Of a stretch of DNA of 40,772 nucleotides, positions 1 to 9,500 are shown in pieces. The notes under the pieces are model-generated. The model saw only the letters and a list, made by a program, of their open reading frames with translations. It did no database searches and had not been told where the DNA came from. Numbering within the stretch: position 1 is the stretch's first letter; each line of letters begins with the position of its first letter. The position numbers and the translations under genes are program-made. Source of the stretch: Lentisphaeria bacterium (lineage in GTDB: Bacteria; Verrucomicrobiota; Lentisphaeria; JABSQK01; JAWLHB01); contig JAWLHB010000060.1 in NCBI GenBank assembly GCA_041690595.1, positions 1 through 40,772 of the forward strand, given 5' to 3'.

Positions 1-72
1 GTCGCCAGCGGCTCCAACCAGACCGCCGCGGGCATTCGCGATGAACTTGAGGCTATCCGTCCAAATAAATAA
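1..72 (+). CDS. 3' end of an unidentified CDS entering the window (…VASGSNQTAAGIRDELEAIRPNK*)
   Basis: Frame 1 is open from base 1 to TAA at 70-72 with GC3-rich codons; a repeat-rich intergenic region follows. Confidence 0.45.
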   Translation, partial: VASGSNQTAAGIRDELEAIRPNK

Positions 73-110
73 TCAAATACCATCAGGGTTGATGGGTGGA
101 GGGCAGAATA

Positions 111-175
111 CCCAGGGTAGCCCCGCCATATGCGGGGCAACCCTGGGCTATGGGACGATGCCCCTTCAGGGCATT
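111..175. repeat. REP-like double hairpin element
   Basis: CCCAGGGT-a-GCCCCGC-catat-GCGGGGC-a-ACCCTGGG (111-147), then ATGCCC-cttca-GGGCAT (158-174). May also act as a terminator between convergent genes. Confidence 0.75.
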
Positions 176-206
176 CCCCGACGTCGCGCCAATGAGGAAG
201 TGAGAC

Positions 207-520
207 GAGAAGTACCTGTCCCCGAGTTGAGGGAGAGGCGATGGTACGGGAATCCCGACCGGATTCTGTCCATAGCCAGATGGTGAGAAGGACGAGAGGT
301 GCCTGTCCCCGAGTTGAGAGGCGATGGTCCGGGAATCCCGACGGGATTCTGCCCATGGCCAGATGGTGAGAAGTACCTGTCCCCGAGTTGAGAGGCGATG
401 GTCCGGGAATCCCGACGGGATTCTGCCCATGGCCAGATGGTGAGAAGTACCTGTCCCCGAGTTGAGGGAGGCGATGGTCCGGGAATCCCGACGGGATTCT
501 GTCCAGTAGCCCAGGGTTGC
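207..520. repeat. Tandem array of four ~74-bp REP-like units
   Basis: Units start at 207, 294, 368 and 442 (GAGAAGTACCTGTCCCCGAGTTGAG…GGAATCCCGACGGGATTCTG…). Each contains the palindrome GAATCCCG-A-CGGGATTC (one mismatch in unit 1). The array ends in TAGCCCAGGGTTGC (507-520), the exact inverse of 137-150. Confidence 0.92.
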
Positions 521-521
521 G

Positions 522-1196
522 TCATGTGCCTGGGCATTGACGAGAAATGCCTCTCCCCGCGTTGAGGGGAATGAGATGGCCGCGCGCCACTGAAAGGAGC
601 GAGAATCCCAGGCCGGTCAGCGCCCCCACCAGGTGCGCCAAGGGCATGGGCACCATCTGGGCAGCGGTGCTGTCCACAAAGAGGGTGGTGCCGAAGGTCA
701 GCTCGAAGAGGCACTTGGCCAGCAGCAGAAGCATGGCGCCGACCATGAGGGCGACGTGTCCCGGGCGGTGCTCCCGCCAGCTTTGCAGGGCCATGCTGCC
801 GATCACCAGGCCGAAGAGGGCTGCATCGAGTCCGGAGAGGCCGCGGCAATGGGTGAAGCCGGGCTGCATGACCCAGGTCGTGGCGGAGATGAGCAGTGCC
901 GCGGCTGCCAGGCAGGTGGCGTAGTGGCGCAGGCGAAGGCGAAGGCGGCAGGCGCAGAACGTCAGACCGGCAAAGGCAGCCGCATCCCAGAGCAGATGGT
1001 CCCAGCTCCAGTGCGCGAAGTGCCAGGTGACCAGCCGCCAGAGTTCGCCGTCGGCGATGGCCGCGCGATCGTACTGAAGCGCCTCGGCCCACGCGGGGAG
1101 GATCATGATGGCGAGGGCGAGCAAGAGAAGGGCCAGCGGTCCACCCAGAGGCAGACCGCCGGCCGATGTGCTGTATGCACGGGAGGAGATCATCAA
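522..1196 (-). CDS. rrtA: Rhombosortase (GlyGly-CTERM-processing rhomboid serine protease)
   Basis: LQYDRAAIADGELWRLVTWHFAHWSWDHLLWD rhombosortase-type motif; catalytic GLSG Ser and PLAH His; multiple TM helices; 4-bp overlap with a GlyGly-CTERM gene. Confidence 0.88.
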   Translation of the reverse strand: MMISSRAYSTSAGGLPLGGPLALLLLALAIMILPAWAEALQYDRAAIADGELWRLVTWHFAHWSWDHLLWDAAAFAGLTFCACRLRLRLRHYATCLAAAALLISATTWVMQPGFTHCRGLSGLDAALFGLVIGSMALQSWREHRPGHVALMVGAMLLLLAKCLFELTFGTTLFVDSTAAQMVPMPLAHLVGALTGLGFSLLSVARGHLIPLNAGRGISRQCPGT

Positions 1197-3190
1197 CGGG
1201 TCCTGTTCTGCCTGCGCTCGCGGCTGGCGGCGGAGAGGGTGCCGATGGCGAGCAGCAGCATGGCGAGAACCGTCATCGGATCGAGAGCGCCGCCACCGAG
1301 CCGCGGTGCATTGCGGTTGAAGGCGGGTTGCTGCGAATCGACGCGGTGATTCGCGGGCGGCTGCTGACTGCGCACAGCCTGCGCCTGGCGTTCGCGGGCG
1401 ACGCGGTCGCGGTTGTGCCGTTCGAGTCCATGCCGGCTGAAGGCGGCGTCGCTGAGGACGAGCATCGAGGTTTCATCGGTGACGAGCTGAGCGGCGAGGC
1501 CGAGGTCGCGGATGGCCTGCTTGGCTTCGGCGGGCTCTTCGAGACCGGCATCGCGGCGGGCTTCGATGGTCTCGATCCTGTGCAGAGCCCAGAGGCGCTC
1601 CAACTCGGGATGAAGGAGGTCGGTTTCGGGGAAGTCGAAGGTGGTGGTATAGCTCTTGGTTTCGCCGGTAAGGCGGGCCTGGAGGGAGAGGGTGGCCGGG
1701 CCGGGGTTGCGGTAGCGGCCAAAGATGACGAGCTGCTGGCCGCGATAGACCTTGCCGATCCATTCATCGGTGCAGTCGTAGACGTCCCCGCCGCGGATGC
1801 GCAGAGTCGCGTCGTGGAGGCTGGCGTGGGTAACCTTGCTCTGGGCGAGGAGGAGTTGGCCGATGATGTCGTCATTGTTGGAGATGCCCGCGTAGAAGCC
1901 GCCGCTCGCGTCGCAGATGGTGCGCATCAACGGCCAGTTGGCGCTGTTGCCCATGAGGAAGCCGAATACCCGGACATCGACCTGAGTCATGAGCTTGTGA
2001 AAGTCACGCGGATCGACAATGCCGGTGTTGGTGACGCCATCGGTGACGAGGACGATGCTGGTGGCGCGATCGGCATCGATGCCGCGCAGCCCTTCGCGAA
2101 TGCCGTCGAAGAGGTTGGTGGAGCCGCCGGATTTCAGCCGCCGCACCAGGGCGAGGGCTGCGCCGACCTGTTCCGGGGTGGCGTTACGACGCGAGACCAG
2201 CTCCCCAGCCCGATCGTTGAAGGTGACGACACGGAAAGTGTCCTGGGGCCGCAGCTTGCCCAACGCCTTGCCCACCCCTTCGGCCAGGGTGGCGATCTTG
2301 GCATCCATGCTTCCCGAGACGTCGAGGATGAAGACATAGTCGGCGCCGCCGTCGAGCGGCCGCAGATCGATCCCCGGCGTCACGATCATCATGAAGGTGC
2401 CGGGATCCTGGGCGTTGGGGCGATAGGTCAGCATCTCGACGCGGCCCGGCAGGTTGTCGGCGAGGCGGTAGTAGACGACGAGGTCGCGGTCGAGGCTTGC
2501 CTGCTGGAGTTCGATGTGAGCGCGATGGTGGCCTTCGCCGAGTTCCTCGATGGTCGCGGCGTCGCCATATCCGGGAATGCGCACATCGGCGAGGGGCCAC
2601 GACGATTTGATTTCGACGTCGATGGTCAGCGTCTGCTCGACCTGCTGATTGCGGGTCCAGAACTGGTCGGCGGCGTCATCGGTGCCACCCTCTTCGAGCG
2701 GGTAGAGGTATCGGCAGATACCGCTGTCGATGGTCAGCGGCTGGTAATAGACAAAGGCGATCCGCACCGTCTGCTGAGCTCTGACGGGGGATACCTTGAA
2801 CTCGAAGTACGCGTAGCCATCCTTGTTGGCGACGGCAGCTTCATTACCGCTGTCGCGCTCTTCCTCGTAGATGCGATTCGCCTCGCCCTTCGCCACCACC
2901 TCGCCGTGCAGTTCCTTTTCGCCGATGGTAACGACGACTTCCGAGAGGCTGGCGGAGGTGGGGAGGGGGAAGCTGTAGATGGCTTCGAGATCGAGGGGAT
3001 TGGGGTTGTAGAAGGTCTGCGTGACGGTGGTCTGCGCGAAACCGTTGTTGAGAAGCACCTGCACATGATGATCCTGGATCTGGATGGGAGCATCGGGCGA
3101 TCCCACTGGCTGGAGTGTCCCGGCCCCATGACCGGCAACCGTCATGATGAGCATGAGCGTGAAGAGGGAGAGTGCGACGTTGATCTTCAT
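1193..3190 (-). CDS. Secreted VIT + vWA domain protein (inter-alpha-trypsin inhibitor heavy chain-like) with C-terminal GlyGly-CTERM anchor
   Basis: Signal peptide; VIT (FAQTTVTQTFYNP…EAIYSFPLP); vWA MIDAS (DVSGS…GGSTNL…VTDG); tail RLGGGALDPMTVLAMLLLAIGTLSAASRERR. Start is ATG 3190 or GTG 3199. Confidence 0.9.
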   Translation of the reverse strand: MKINVALSLFTLMLIMTVAGHGAGTLQPVGSPDAPIQIQDHHVQVLLNNGFAQTTVTQTFYNPNPLDLEAIYSFPLPTSASLSEVVVTIGEKELHGEVVAKGEANRIYEEERDSGNEAAVANKDGYAYFEFKVSPVRAQQTVRIAFVYYQPLTIDSGICRYLYPLEEGGTDDAADQFWTRNQQVEQTLTIDVEIKSSWPLADVRIPGYGDAATIEELGEGHHRAHIELQQASLDRDLVVYYRLADNLPGRVEMLTYRPNAQDPGTFMMIVTPGIDLRPLDGGADYVFILDVSGSMDAKIATLAEGVGKALGKLRPQDTFRVVTFNDRAGELVSRRNATPEQVGAALALVRRLKSGGSTNLFDGIREGLRGIDADRATSIVLVTDGVTNTGIVDPRDFHKLMTQVDVRVFGFLMGNSANWPLMRTICDASGGFYAGISNNDDIIGQLLLAQSKVTHASLHDATLRIRGGDVYDCTDEWIGKVYRGQQLVIFGRYRNPGPATLSLQARLTGETKSYTTTFDFPETDLLHPELERLWALHRIETIEARRDAGLEEPAEAKQAIRDLGLAAQLVTDETSMLVLSDAAFSRHGLERHNRDRVARERQAQAVRSQQPPANHRVDSQQPAFNRNAPRLGGGALDPMTVLAMLLLAIGTLSAASRERRQNRTR

Positions 3191-3247
3191 GGTGTTCACC
3201 TTTCCTAAGTCTGATTGAAACGACTGTTTGAGAACTGACTCACCCTA

Positions 3248-3265
3248 TTGCACCCCAAATGCCAA
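3248..3265 (-). promoter_or_regulatory. Sigma54 (-24/-12) promoter for the VIT/vWA-rhombosortase operon
   Basis: Minus strand TTGGCATTTGGGGTGCAA = GG-N10-GC with TGGCA and TGCA boxes, about 55 bp upstream of the start. Confidence 0.6.
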
Positions 3266-3351
3266 ACGCCCCAAGCTGACAGCAAGTGCCTGCTACAGGC
3301 CAACTTAGCGAAGCAACGCTGTCGTTAGCACACAGAGCACAAAACACCCAC

Positions 3352-3368
3352 TGCACATCCCATGTGCA
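3352..3368. promoter_or_regulatory. Putative enhancer (NtrC-like bEBP) site
   Basis: Perfect palindrome TGCACAT-ccc-ATGTGCA = TGCAC-N7-GTGCA, about 90 bp upstream of the sigma54 promoter. Confidence 0.45.
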
Positions 3369-3417
3369 TGAGATGGACATCCCACTACTCTCTCAGTCTG
3401 GCGTTCCCCATCTGTTT

Positions 3418-3444
3418 GAACAGTTGCAAATTCTGCAACAGTTC
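3418..3444. promoter_or_regulatory. Second palindromic putative TF site
   Basis: GAAC-a-GTTGCA-aattc-TGCAAC-a-GTTC in the divergent intergenic region. Confidence 0.3.
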
Positions 3445-3540
3445 CCTCCCGCATCGTTCGCGGCGGAAGTGACTTCCACACTATGCTTGGCACCCGGCAC
3501 TCCGTCCGCCGACTGGAGGATTTCCAGACAAGAAGCACTC

Positions 3541-3592
3541 AGGGGTCTGGGGAGGTGCGCCTCCCCAGCGGGGTTCGGGGCAGCGCCCCGCT
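3541..3592. repeat. 52-bp dispersed REP-like double-hairpin element (copy 1)
   Basis: AGGGGTCTGGGGAGGTGCGCCTCCCCAGCGGGGTTCGGGGCAGCGCCCCGCT; 51/52 identical to 37572-37623. Confidence 0.9.
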
Positions 3593-3670
3593 ACGTTCAC
3601 TTTGACTTTGGGGATGGTGGGGAGTAAGATGATGGCGGCGGCGGCAGTTCAACTCAGCAATGGTGGATGG

Positions 3671-4375
3671 ATGGGCAATATCTATACGGATGGTGATTAT
3701 CTGGAGACGACGCGGACGTGGCACTCCGAGGATTCACCCTGGAAGGCGGACCAGATTGCGCGGATGATCGACAAGGTGGGGCTGCAGCCTGGCCTGGTGG
3801 CCGAAATCGGTTGTGGCGCGGGAAAGATTCTGGATGAATTGTCGCGAAAGCCCTCGCTGGAGAAGGCGAGATTCAAGGGGTACGACATTTCTTCGCAGGC
3901 GATCGAGCTGTGCGGAGAGATCGAGTCGAACAGGATCGAGTTCTTCCGTGAGGATCCCCTGACCACGGCGTCGCCCGAGGTCTTCGATCTGCTGCTGGTG
4001 ATCGATGTCTTCGAGCATGTACCGGACTACTTGAGCTTTCTGAGGCTGTGCCAGGCGAAGGCGGAGTACAAGATCTATCACATCCCGCTGGACCTTCATG
4101 TATCGTCGATGTTGCGCAACTCGTTCTTTCGCGAGCGCTATACGGTGGGGCATCTGCATTACTTCACGGCGGACTCGGCGCTGGCGGCGTTGCGCGATAC
4201 GGGCCATGAGATCGTCGACACCTTCTATACGAATGGCACGTTCGGCACCTTCAGGGAGCATCCCGCGCTCAAGACGGCGATTGCCAACGTGCCGCGCTGG
4301 CTCTTCTCGAAGATCAGCCTGCCGGTTACGGCACGGCTCTTCGGCGGGTATTCGCTGATGGTCTGCGCGAAATAG
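3671..4375 (+). CDS. Class I SAM-dependent methyltransferase
   Basis: VAEIGCGAG motif I, GYDIS motif II, DVFEHV post-II motif; start taken at MGNIYTDGDY. Confidence 0.85.
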   Translation: MGNIYTDGDYLETTRTWHSEDSPWKADQIARMIDKVGLQPGLVAEIGCGAGKILDELSRKPSLEKARFKGYDISSQAIELCGEIESNRIEFFREDPLTTASPEVFDLLLVIDVFEHVPDYLSFLRLCQAKAEYKIYHIPLDLHVSSMLRNSFFRERYTVGHLHYFTADSALAALRDTGHEIVDTFYTNGTFGTFREHPALKTAIANVPRWLFSKISLPVTARLFGGYSLMVCAK

Positions 4376-4381
4376 CGGGGT

Positions 4382-4975
4382 TCAGGGGATGGGGAACTGG
4401 CCGATAATGCCGATGCGGATCATCATCACCCCGATTGCGGCCAGGAAGAGGGCGGCGACTTTGGCGGTGGCGCGGGTGATGGGGGCGCCCACTTTGGCGA
4501 GGATCCATTCGGCGCGTGCGAAGACGATCCAGACGATGAAGAGATTGACGAGGATGGAGATGAGCGTCGGGGGGAGACCGTGATTCTCGAGGCTCATGAG
4601 GATGGTGGTCAGGGCCGCGGGGCCAATGATGAGCGGTGTGCCCAGAGGGACAACGCCAATGGAGTCGTCGGGCGTACGGCGCTGTTCCTGCTGCGAGAAG
4701 AGGAGGTCGGCGATGGCCATGATGAGGAGGATAAGGCCGCCTGCTATGCGGAAGTCATTGGTGGTGATGCCCATGAGGCGGAGGACCAGGCGCCCGGCGA
4801 GCATGAAGAGGAGCGAGACGACGAGGCCGGTGAAGCAGGCCTGATTGAGCAGACGCTGACGCTCGGCTTTGGTATAGCCGCCGGTGAGGGAGAGATAGAT
4901 GGGGAGGATGCCTATGACGTCGATGGCGACAAAGAGCGGGACGAAGGCGAGGATGAAATGATTGAAGAGTTCCAT
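4382..4975 (-). CDS. marC: MarC family integral membrane protein
   Basis: [26 protein letters not shown] and [17 protein letters not shown] signatures; about 6 TM helices. Confidence 0.88.
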   Translation of the reverse strand: MELFNHFILAFVPLFVAIDVIGILPIYLSLTGGYTKAERQRLLNQACFTGLVVSLLFMLAGRLVLRLMGITTNDFRIAGGLILLIMAIADLLFSQQEQRRTPDDSIGVVPLGTPLIIGPAALTTILMSLENHGLPPTLISILVNLFIVWIVFARAEWILAKVGAPITRATAKVAALFLAAIGVMMIRIGIIGQFPIP

Positions 4976-5033
4976 TACGTAAGGTAATGGCGCATGGGCT
5001 CCTGTTGCCACTGGAGCAGTGCGATATCAGCGC

Positions 5034-5062
5034 TTGCCAACGGGGCTTGGGGGCAGTACCTT
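5034..5062 (+). promoter_or_regulatory. Possible sigma70 promoter for thyA-folA
   Basis: TTGCCA-N17-TACCTT, 45 bp upstream of the thyA ATG. Confidence 0.3.
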
Positions 5063-5106
5063 TTCGGGCGATATACAGAGGCGAAAACCCAGATGACGAG
5101 AGATGG

Positions 5107-5901
5107 ATGAAGCAGTACCTGGAGTTGCTGAAGCATGTGCTTGAGAGCGGCACGCCGAAGAGCGACCGAACCGGCACGGGAACCCGCAGCCTGTTCGGCT
5201 ACCAGATGCGGTTCGACCTGCGGGAGGGTTTCCCCCTGCTCACGACCAAGAAGCTGCATGTGAAGTCGATCATCCACGAGCTGCTCTGGTTTCTGAGCGG
5301 CGACACCAACGTGCGCTACCTGCAGGAGAATGGTGTTCGCATCTGGAATGAATGGGCGGACGAGAATGGCGATCTGGGGCCGGTCTACGGTTACCAGTGG
5401 CGGCACTGGCGCCGCCGCGACGGGAGCGAGGTCGATCAGATCCGCCAGCTTGTGGAAGGACTGCGGCAGGCGCCGGACAGCCGCCGCCACATCGTCAGCG
5501 CCTGGAACGTGGGGGAGCTGGACGAGATGGCGCTGCCCCCCTGCCACCTGCTCTTTCAATTCTATGTGGCCGACGGCAAGCTTTCGTGCCAGTTGTACCA
5601 GCGGAGCGCCGACATTTTTCTGGGAGTGCCCTTCAACATCGCCTCCTACGCGTTGCTGACGATGATGGTGGCGCAGGTGACGCAGCTGGAGCCGGGCGAC
5701 TTCGTACATACGCTGGGGGATGCGCATCTGTACAACAACCATCTGGAGCAGGCGCAGCTGCAGCTCAGCCGCGAGCCACGCGCGCTGCCGACGATGCGCA
5801 TCAATCCCGCGGTCGACAGCATCTTCGGCTTCCAGTTGGCGGATTTCACCCTTGACGGCTATGACCCTCATCCCCACATCAAGGCACCGATCTCCGTATG
5901 A
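5107..5901 (+). CDS. thyA: Thymidylate synthase
   Basis: MKQYL start; [26 protein letters not shown], catalytic LPPCH, QRSAD and PFNIASY motifs; 264 aa. Confidence 0.98.
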   Translation: MKQYLELLKHVLESGTPKSDRTGTGTRSLFGYQMRFDLREGFPLLTTKKLHVKSIIHELLWFLSGDTNVRYLQENGVRIWNEWADENGDLGPVYGYQWRHWRRRDGSEVDQIRQLVEGLRQAPDSRRHIVSAWNVGELDEMALPPCHLLFQFYVADGKLSCQLYQRSADIFLGVPFNIASYALLTMMVAQVTQLEPGDFVHTLGDAHLYNNHLEQAQLQLSREPRALPTMRINPAVDSIFGFQLADFTLDGYDPHPHIKAPISV

Positions 5902-6422
5902 CCATCTCCCTGATAGCCGCGATGACCGAAGATGGGGTGATCGGCCATGACAACCGCATTCCCTGGCACCTGCCGGACGACCTGCGCCAGTTCAAGCGGC
6001 TGACGCTGGATCACCCGATCGTCATGGGCAGGAAGACGTGGCAATCGCTGGGGCGCCCCCTGAAGCAACGGCGCAACATCGTGGTGACCCGCGATATCGA
6101 TTTCGAGGCGGATGGAGCGATCGTGGTCCATGATTGCGAAGCGGCCCTTGCCGCGGCGCAGCCAACGGATGAAGTCTTCATCATCGGAGGCGCGGATCTG
6201 TATCGCGCCTTCATCGGACGGGCCGATCGCTTTTACCAGACGATTGTTCATGCCCGCGTGATGGGTGACGTTCACTTCCCGGCGTTCGACGCGGCGGCGT
6301 GGCGGTTGGTCGAGGAGGAGGTCCATGAGTCGGACGACGCCCATCCACATGCGTTTACGCTGCGGGTGCTGGAGCGTATTCACGAGGGAGGCGGGAACTC
6401 TGCCGGACGGCAGGTTTCCTAA
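5898..6422 (+). CDS. folA: Dihydrofolate reductase
   Basis: IAAM…[28 protein letters not shown] and FIIGG motifs; ATGA overlap with thyA. Confidence 0.97.
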   Translation: MTISLIAAMTEDGVIGHDNRIPWHLPDDLRQFKRLTLDHPIVMGRKTWQSLGRPLKQRRNIVVTRDIDFEADGAIVVHDCEAALAAAQPTDEVFIIGGADLYRAFIGRADRFYQTIVHARVMGDVHFPAFDAAAWRLVEEEVHESDDAHPHAFTLRVLERIHEGGGNSAGRQVS

Positions 6423-6577
6423 GGAATAAGCTGCGTTTTGGTGCAGTGGCGCGGGGAGAAAAGGATACTCATGCAATCTGATGCCTGTACATTGCAATGA
6501 AACAGCGATTTGCTTAGCAGAGAAACGATGTGTCCCAGTTAGCAGATACCAGTCTGGGTGATGAGGTCAGAGCGCAG

Positions 6578-9500
6578 ATGGAACCCAAATTCAGATGCCC
6601 GACCTGCCGGTCAAAGATGAGGGCCGATCAGCAGCTTAGCGGTCAGGAGGTGGCTTGTCCCAAATGCTCGACGCTGGTGATGGTGCCGAAGGTGAGCTAT
6701 TCGGCCGGGGACGTGATTGCGGGTTTCAGGCTGGAGAGCTGGATCGGCAGCGGTTCGATGGGGGAAGTGTACAAGGCCCGGCAGCTTTCGATGGACCGGG
6801 AAGTGGCGATCAAGCTGCTGCGGCCGGACATGCTGGAGGATGCGGAGCACATCGACCGCTTCAACAGCGAAGTGCGGACGCTGGCGAAGCTGGATCATCC
6901 GAACATCGTGACGGCGTTCGAGGCCGGCCAGTACGAGCATCATTACTTCCTGGCGATGAGCTTCGTGAACGGGTACAACCTGGACGAGTGCCTGCTGGAG
7001 CGTGAACGGCTGGAGGAGCATGAGGTGCTGAGTATCGCGATCAAGGTGGCCAGGGCGCTGGCGTATGCCTGGAACCGCTTTCAGATCCTGCATCGCGACA
7101 TCAAGCCTTCGAACATCATGATTGACAGCGATGGCGAGGTGAAGCTGACGGATGTCGGGATCGCCATGCACGTCGGAGAAGATCTGGAGGCCACGCAGTC
7201 GGGTTTTGTGGTGGGAACGCCCTTCTACATGAGCCCCGAACAGGCAGGCGGAAAGGAATCGCTGGACTTTCGCGCCGACATGTTCTCTCTGGGCTCCACG
7301 ATGTACCATCTCATGGTGGGGCTCCCGCCTTACGATGGCGACACGCCGATGGAGATCATGCTGAAGGTGATCAATGAGCCGGCGCCCGACCCGCGGCAGT
7401 TCAACCCGGAGATATCCGAAGCCGCGGCGGGGATCATCCGTAAAATGATGGCGAAGCAGCGTGATGAGCGCTATGCGACCTGGGAGGAGATGATCGACGC
7501 GGCGCAGCGAGTCGTCAGCGGTGAACCAGCCCATCCGCCCAAAACGGGACGGAGCAGGAAGAAGAAACTCAAAGCCCAGGTACCGCCGATAAGCAGCTCG
7601 GTGCCGCTGGAGCCGCCCCCTCGCAGCGCGACACACTGGCTACTGCCGCTGCTGGCGGCAGTCATTGGCCTGGGGTTGATCGGTGCGGTTGTCTTCCAGA
7701 TTGTCCGTTCGGCGAGTGATCCCGCGGAGGTCGTCCCGCCGGCGCCACGCGTGGAGCGGCCGGTGGTTCAACCACCAGTCGAGAGAGCGATTGAGCGTCC
7801 CGTCCCGCCACCTGCAGTGGAAAAGCCGGAGCGTCCACTGGCAGCATACTCCAAGGCCTTTGACACGGCCATGCGGCTTGCCGACCAGAGCCCGACGGAT
7901 TACACCGCCAACATCGAACGCTTCGAGGCCGTCGCGCGAGAAGCAGCCGGTACGCCCGTGGAAACTCGGGCGCGCAGGCAGATAGCCGAGGAGCGGAAGG
8001 AGCTGGAACAGATGCTGGAGATTCGCCGGAAAGAGCTTCGGCAGGAAGCGCAGCAACTGATAGAGAGGGATGGGATCAGCGAGGCAATCAAATGGATGAC
8101 CGACTATGATGGGCCGCTGGCCACGGAGCTCTTCGGCTGGCGCCAGGAGGAAATCAAGCGCTATCGCAAACTGCTGCAGGAGGCGGCGCAGCGGGAGCGG
8201 AGCACACGCGTGGCGACGCAGAGCAAGCTGGATGAGCTGGTCGGGCGCATGGCGAATCACTTAGTCGCGGGCAATGTCGCGGACGCGCAGCAGGAGGTCG
8301 CCACCGCCGCGGACGATCCGGCTTTTGCCCCACTGCTCGACGAGGTGAAGGCGATGGAGGAACTGATCGGGGGAATCCGCAACTGGCAGGCGGTCGTGCT
8401 CGACACGTTTCGCGGGCAGATCGGGCAGGAGGTGCAGGTGCGGCTGAAACGCAGTACGGAGAAGGTAACGATCAAAGAGGTGGAATCGAGCCGCGTCAAG
8501 GGGTTGAAGGTGGTGGATCAAGGCAAACTTGGCGTATCGTTCAGCCTGGCGGAGCTGGACTATGAGGAGTTGCACAGGCGGCTGGTTCACGCTGAAGATC
8601 CAGCCGCGCGACTGGCGTTGGGGCTGCTGAGCCTTCGATCGCGGGAGGTTGACCGCGCGGCTGAGCTTTTCAACACCATGCCGGCGCCGTTATCGCTGGC
8701 GCTGCTGCGAGCCCTCCATGCACAGGAGCCGGAGCCGGTGGAAGCGATGGCGGAGAAGGAGCTGAAAGCTGTTTACGGCGCTGCCGGACTGCCCGCCGAG
8801 AGTACGCCGATAGCGCTTTACGCTACACTGATGGAGAATCCGCCCGCCAAAGAGCTGCGGGATCGGCTTCGAGAACCCGTGAACGCATTTCTCCACGCCT
8901 ATGATTTCACCGGGATCGCTCGGGGGCACAGGCCGATCCTGGAGACCCTGAGCGCCCGCCGGAGCGCGGCGGACAGCTGGCCTTTCGATCGCCAGGGGCT
9001 TGTCTTCATCTGGGGGCCCGGCATGAATGTCCTGCACGATGTGACCACCGGCTACTGGCGCCAGACTCAGGTCGAGGCTCGCGGAGGCGCGGCCATGGGT
9101 GAGAACAATGCACTGATTCTGCCAGGCGGTGAAGGAATCTGCGAAGCCAAGGATGCGGGAGAGCTGCTGCTGACTGCCTGTCAGCGAACCAACCAGTTGA
9201 CGGTTGAAGTGGTGCTGCACCTGGCGTCCGTCGACGTGGGCTCGGATAGTCCGGATCAACGGAGCACCGGCGCCATTGCGGCATTCGGAGGCGGCCGCGG
9301 CTCCAACTTCCTGATCGGGCAGCGCGGGCAACAGATCGGGGTTCGGCTGGATACGGACAATGATTCAGGGCTCTTTGAGCACCGGACCAGCGCCTTCAAG
9401 GGCACCACGGAAAAGCCGATCCACCTGCTGCTGACCCATCGCGACGGCGCGACAAAACTCTATGTCGATGGCCGGAAGATGATCGATGTGCAAGGCTGGA

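Noticed and set aside
207..504. CRISPR array
   Set aside because: The whole 74-bp unit is repeated, there are no unique spacers, and no cas genes are present.
1166..3208. 680-aa plus-strand ORF
   Set aside because: Antisense shadow of the VIT/vWA gene, as expected from high-GC codon bias.
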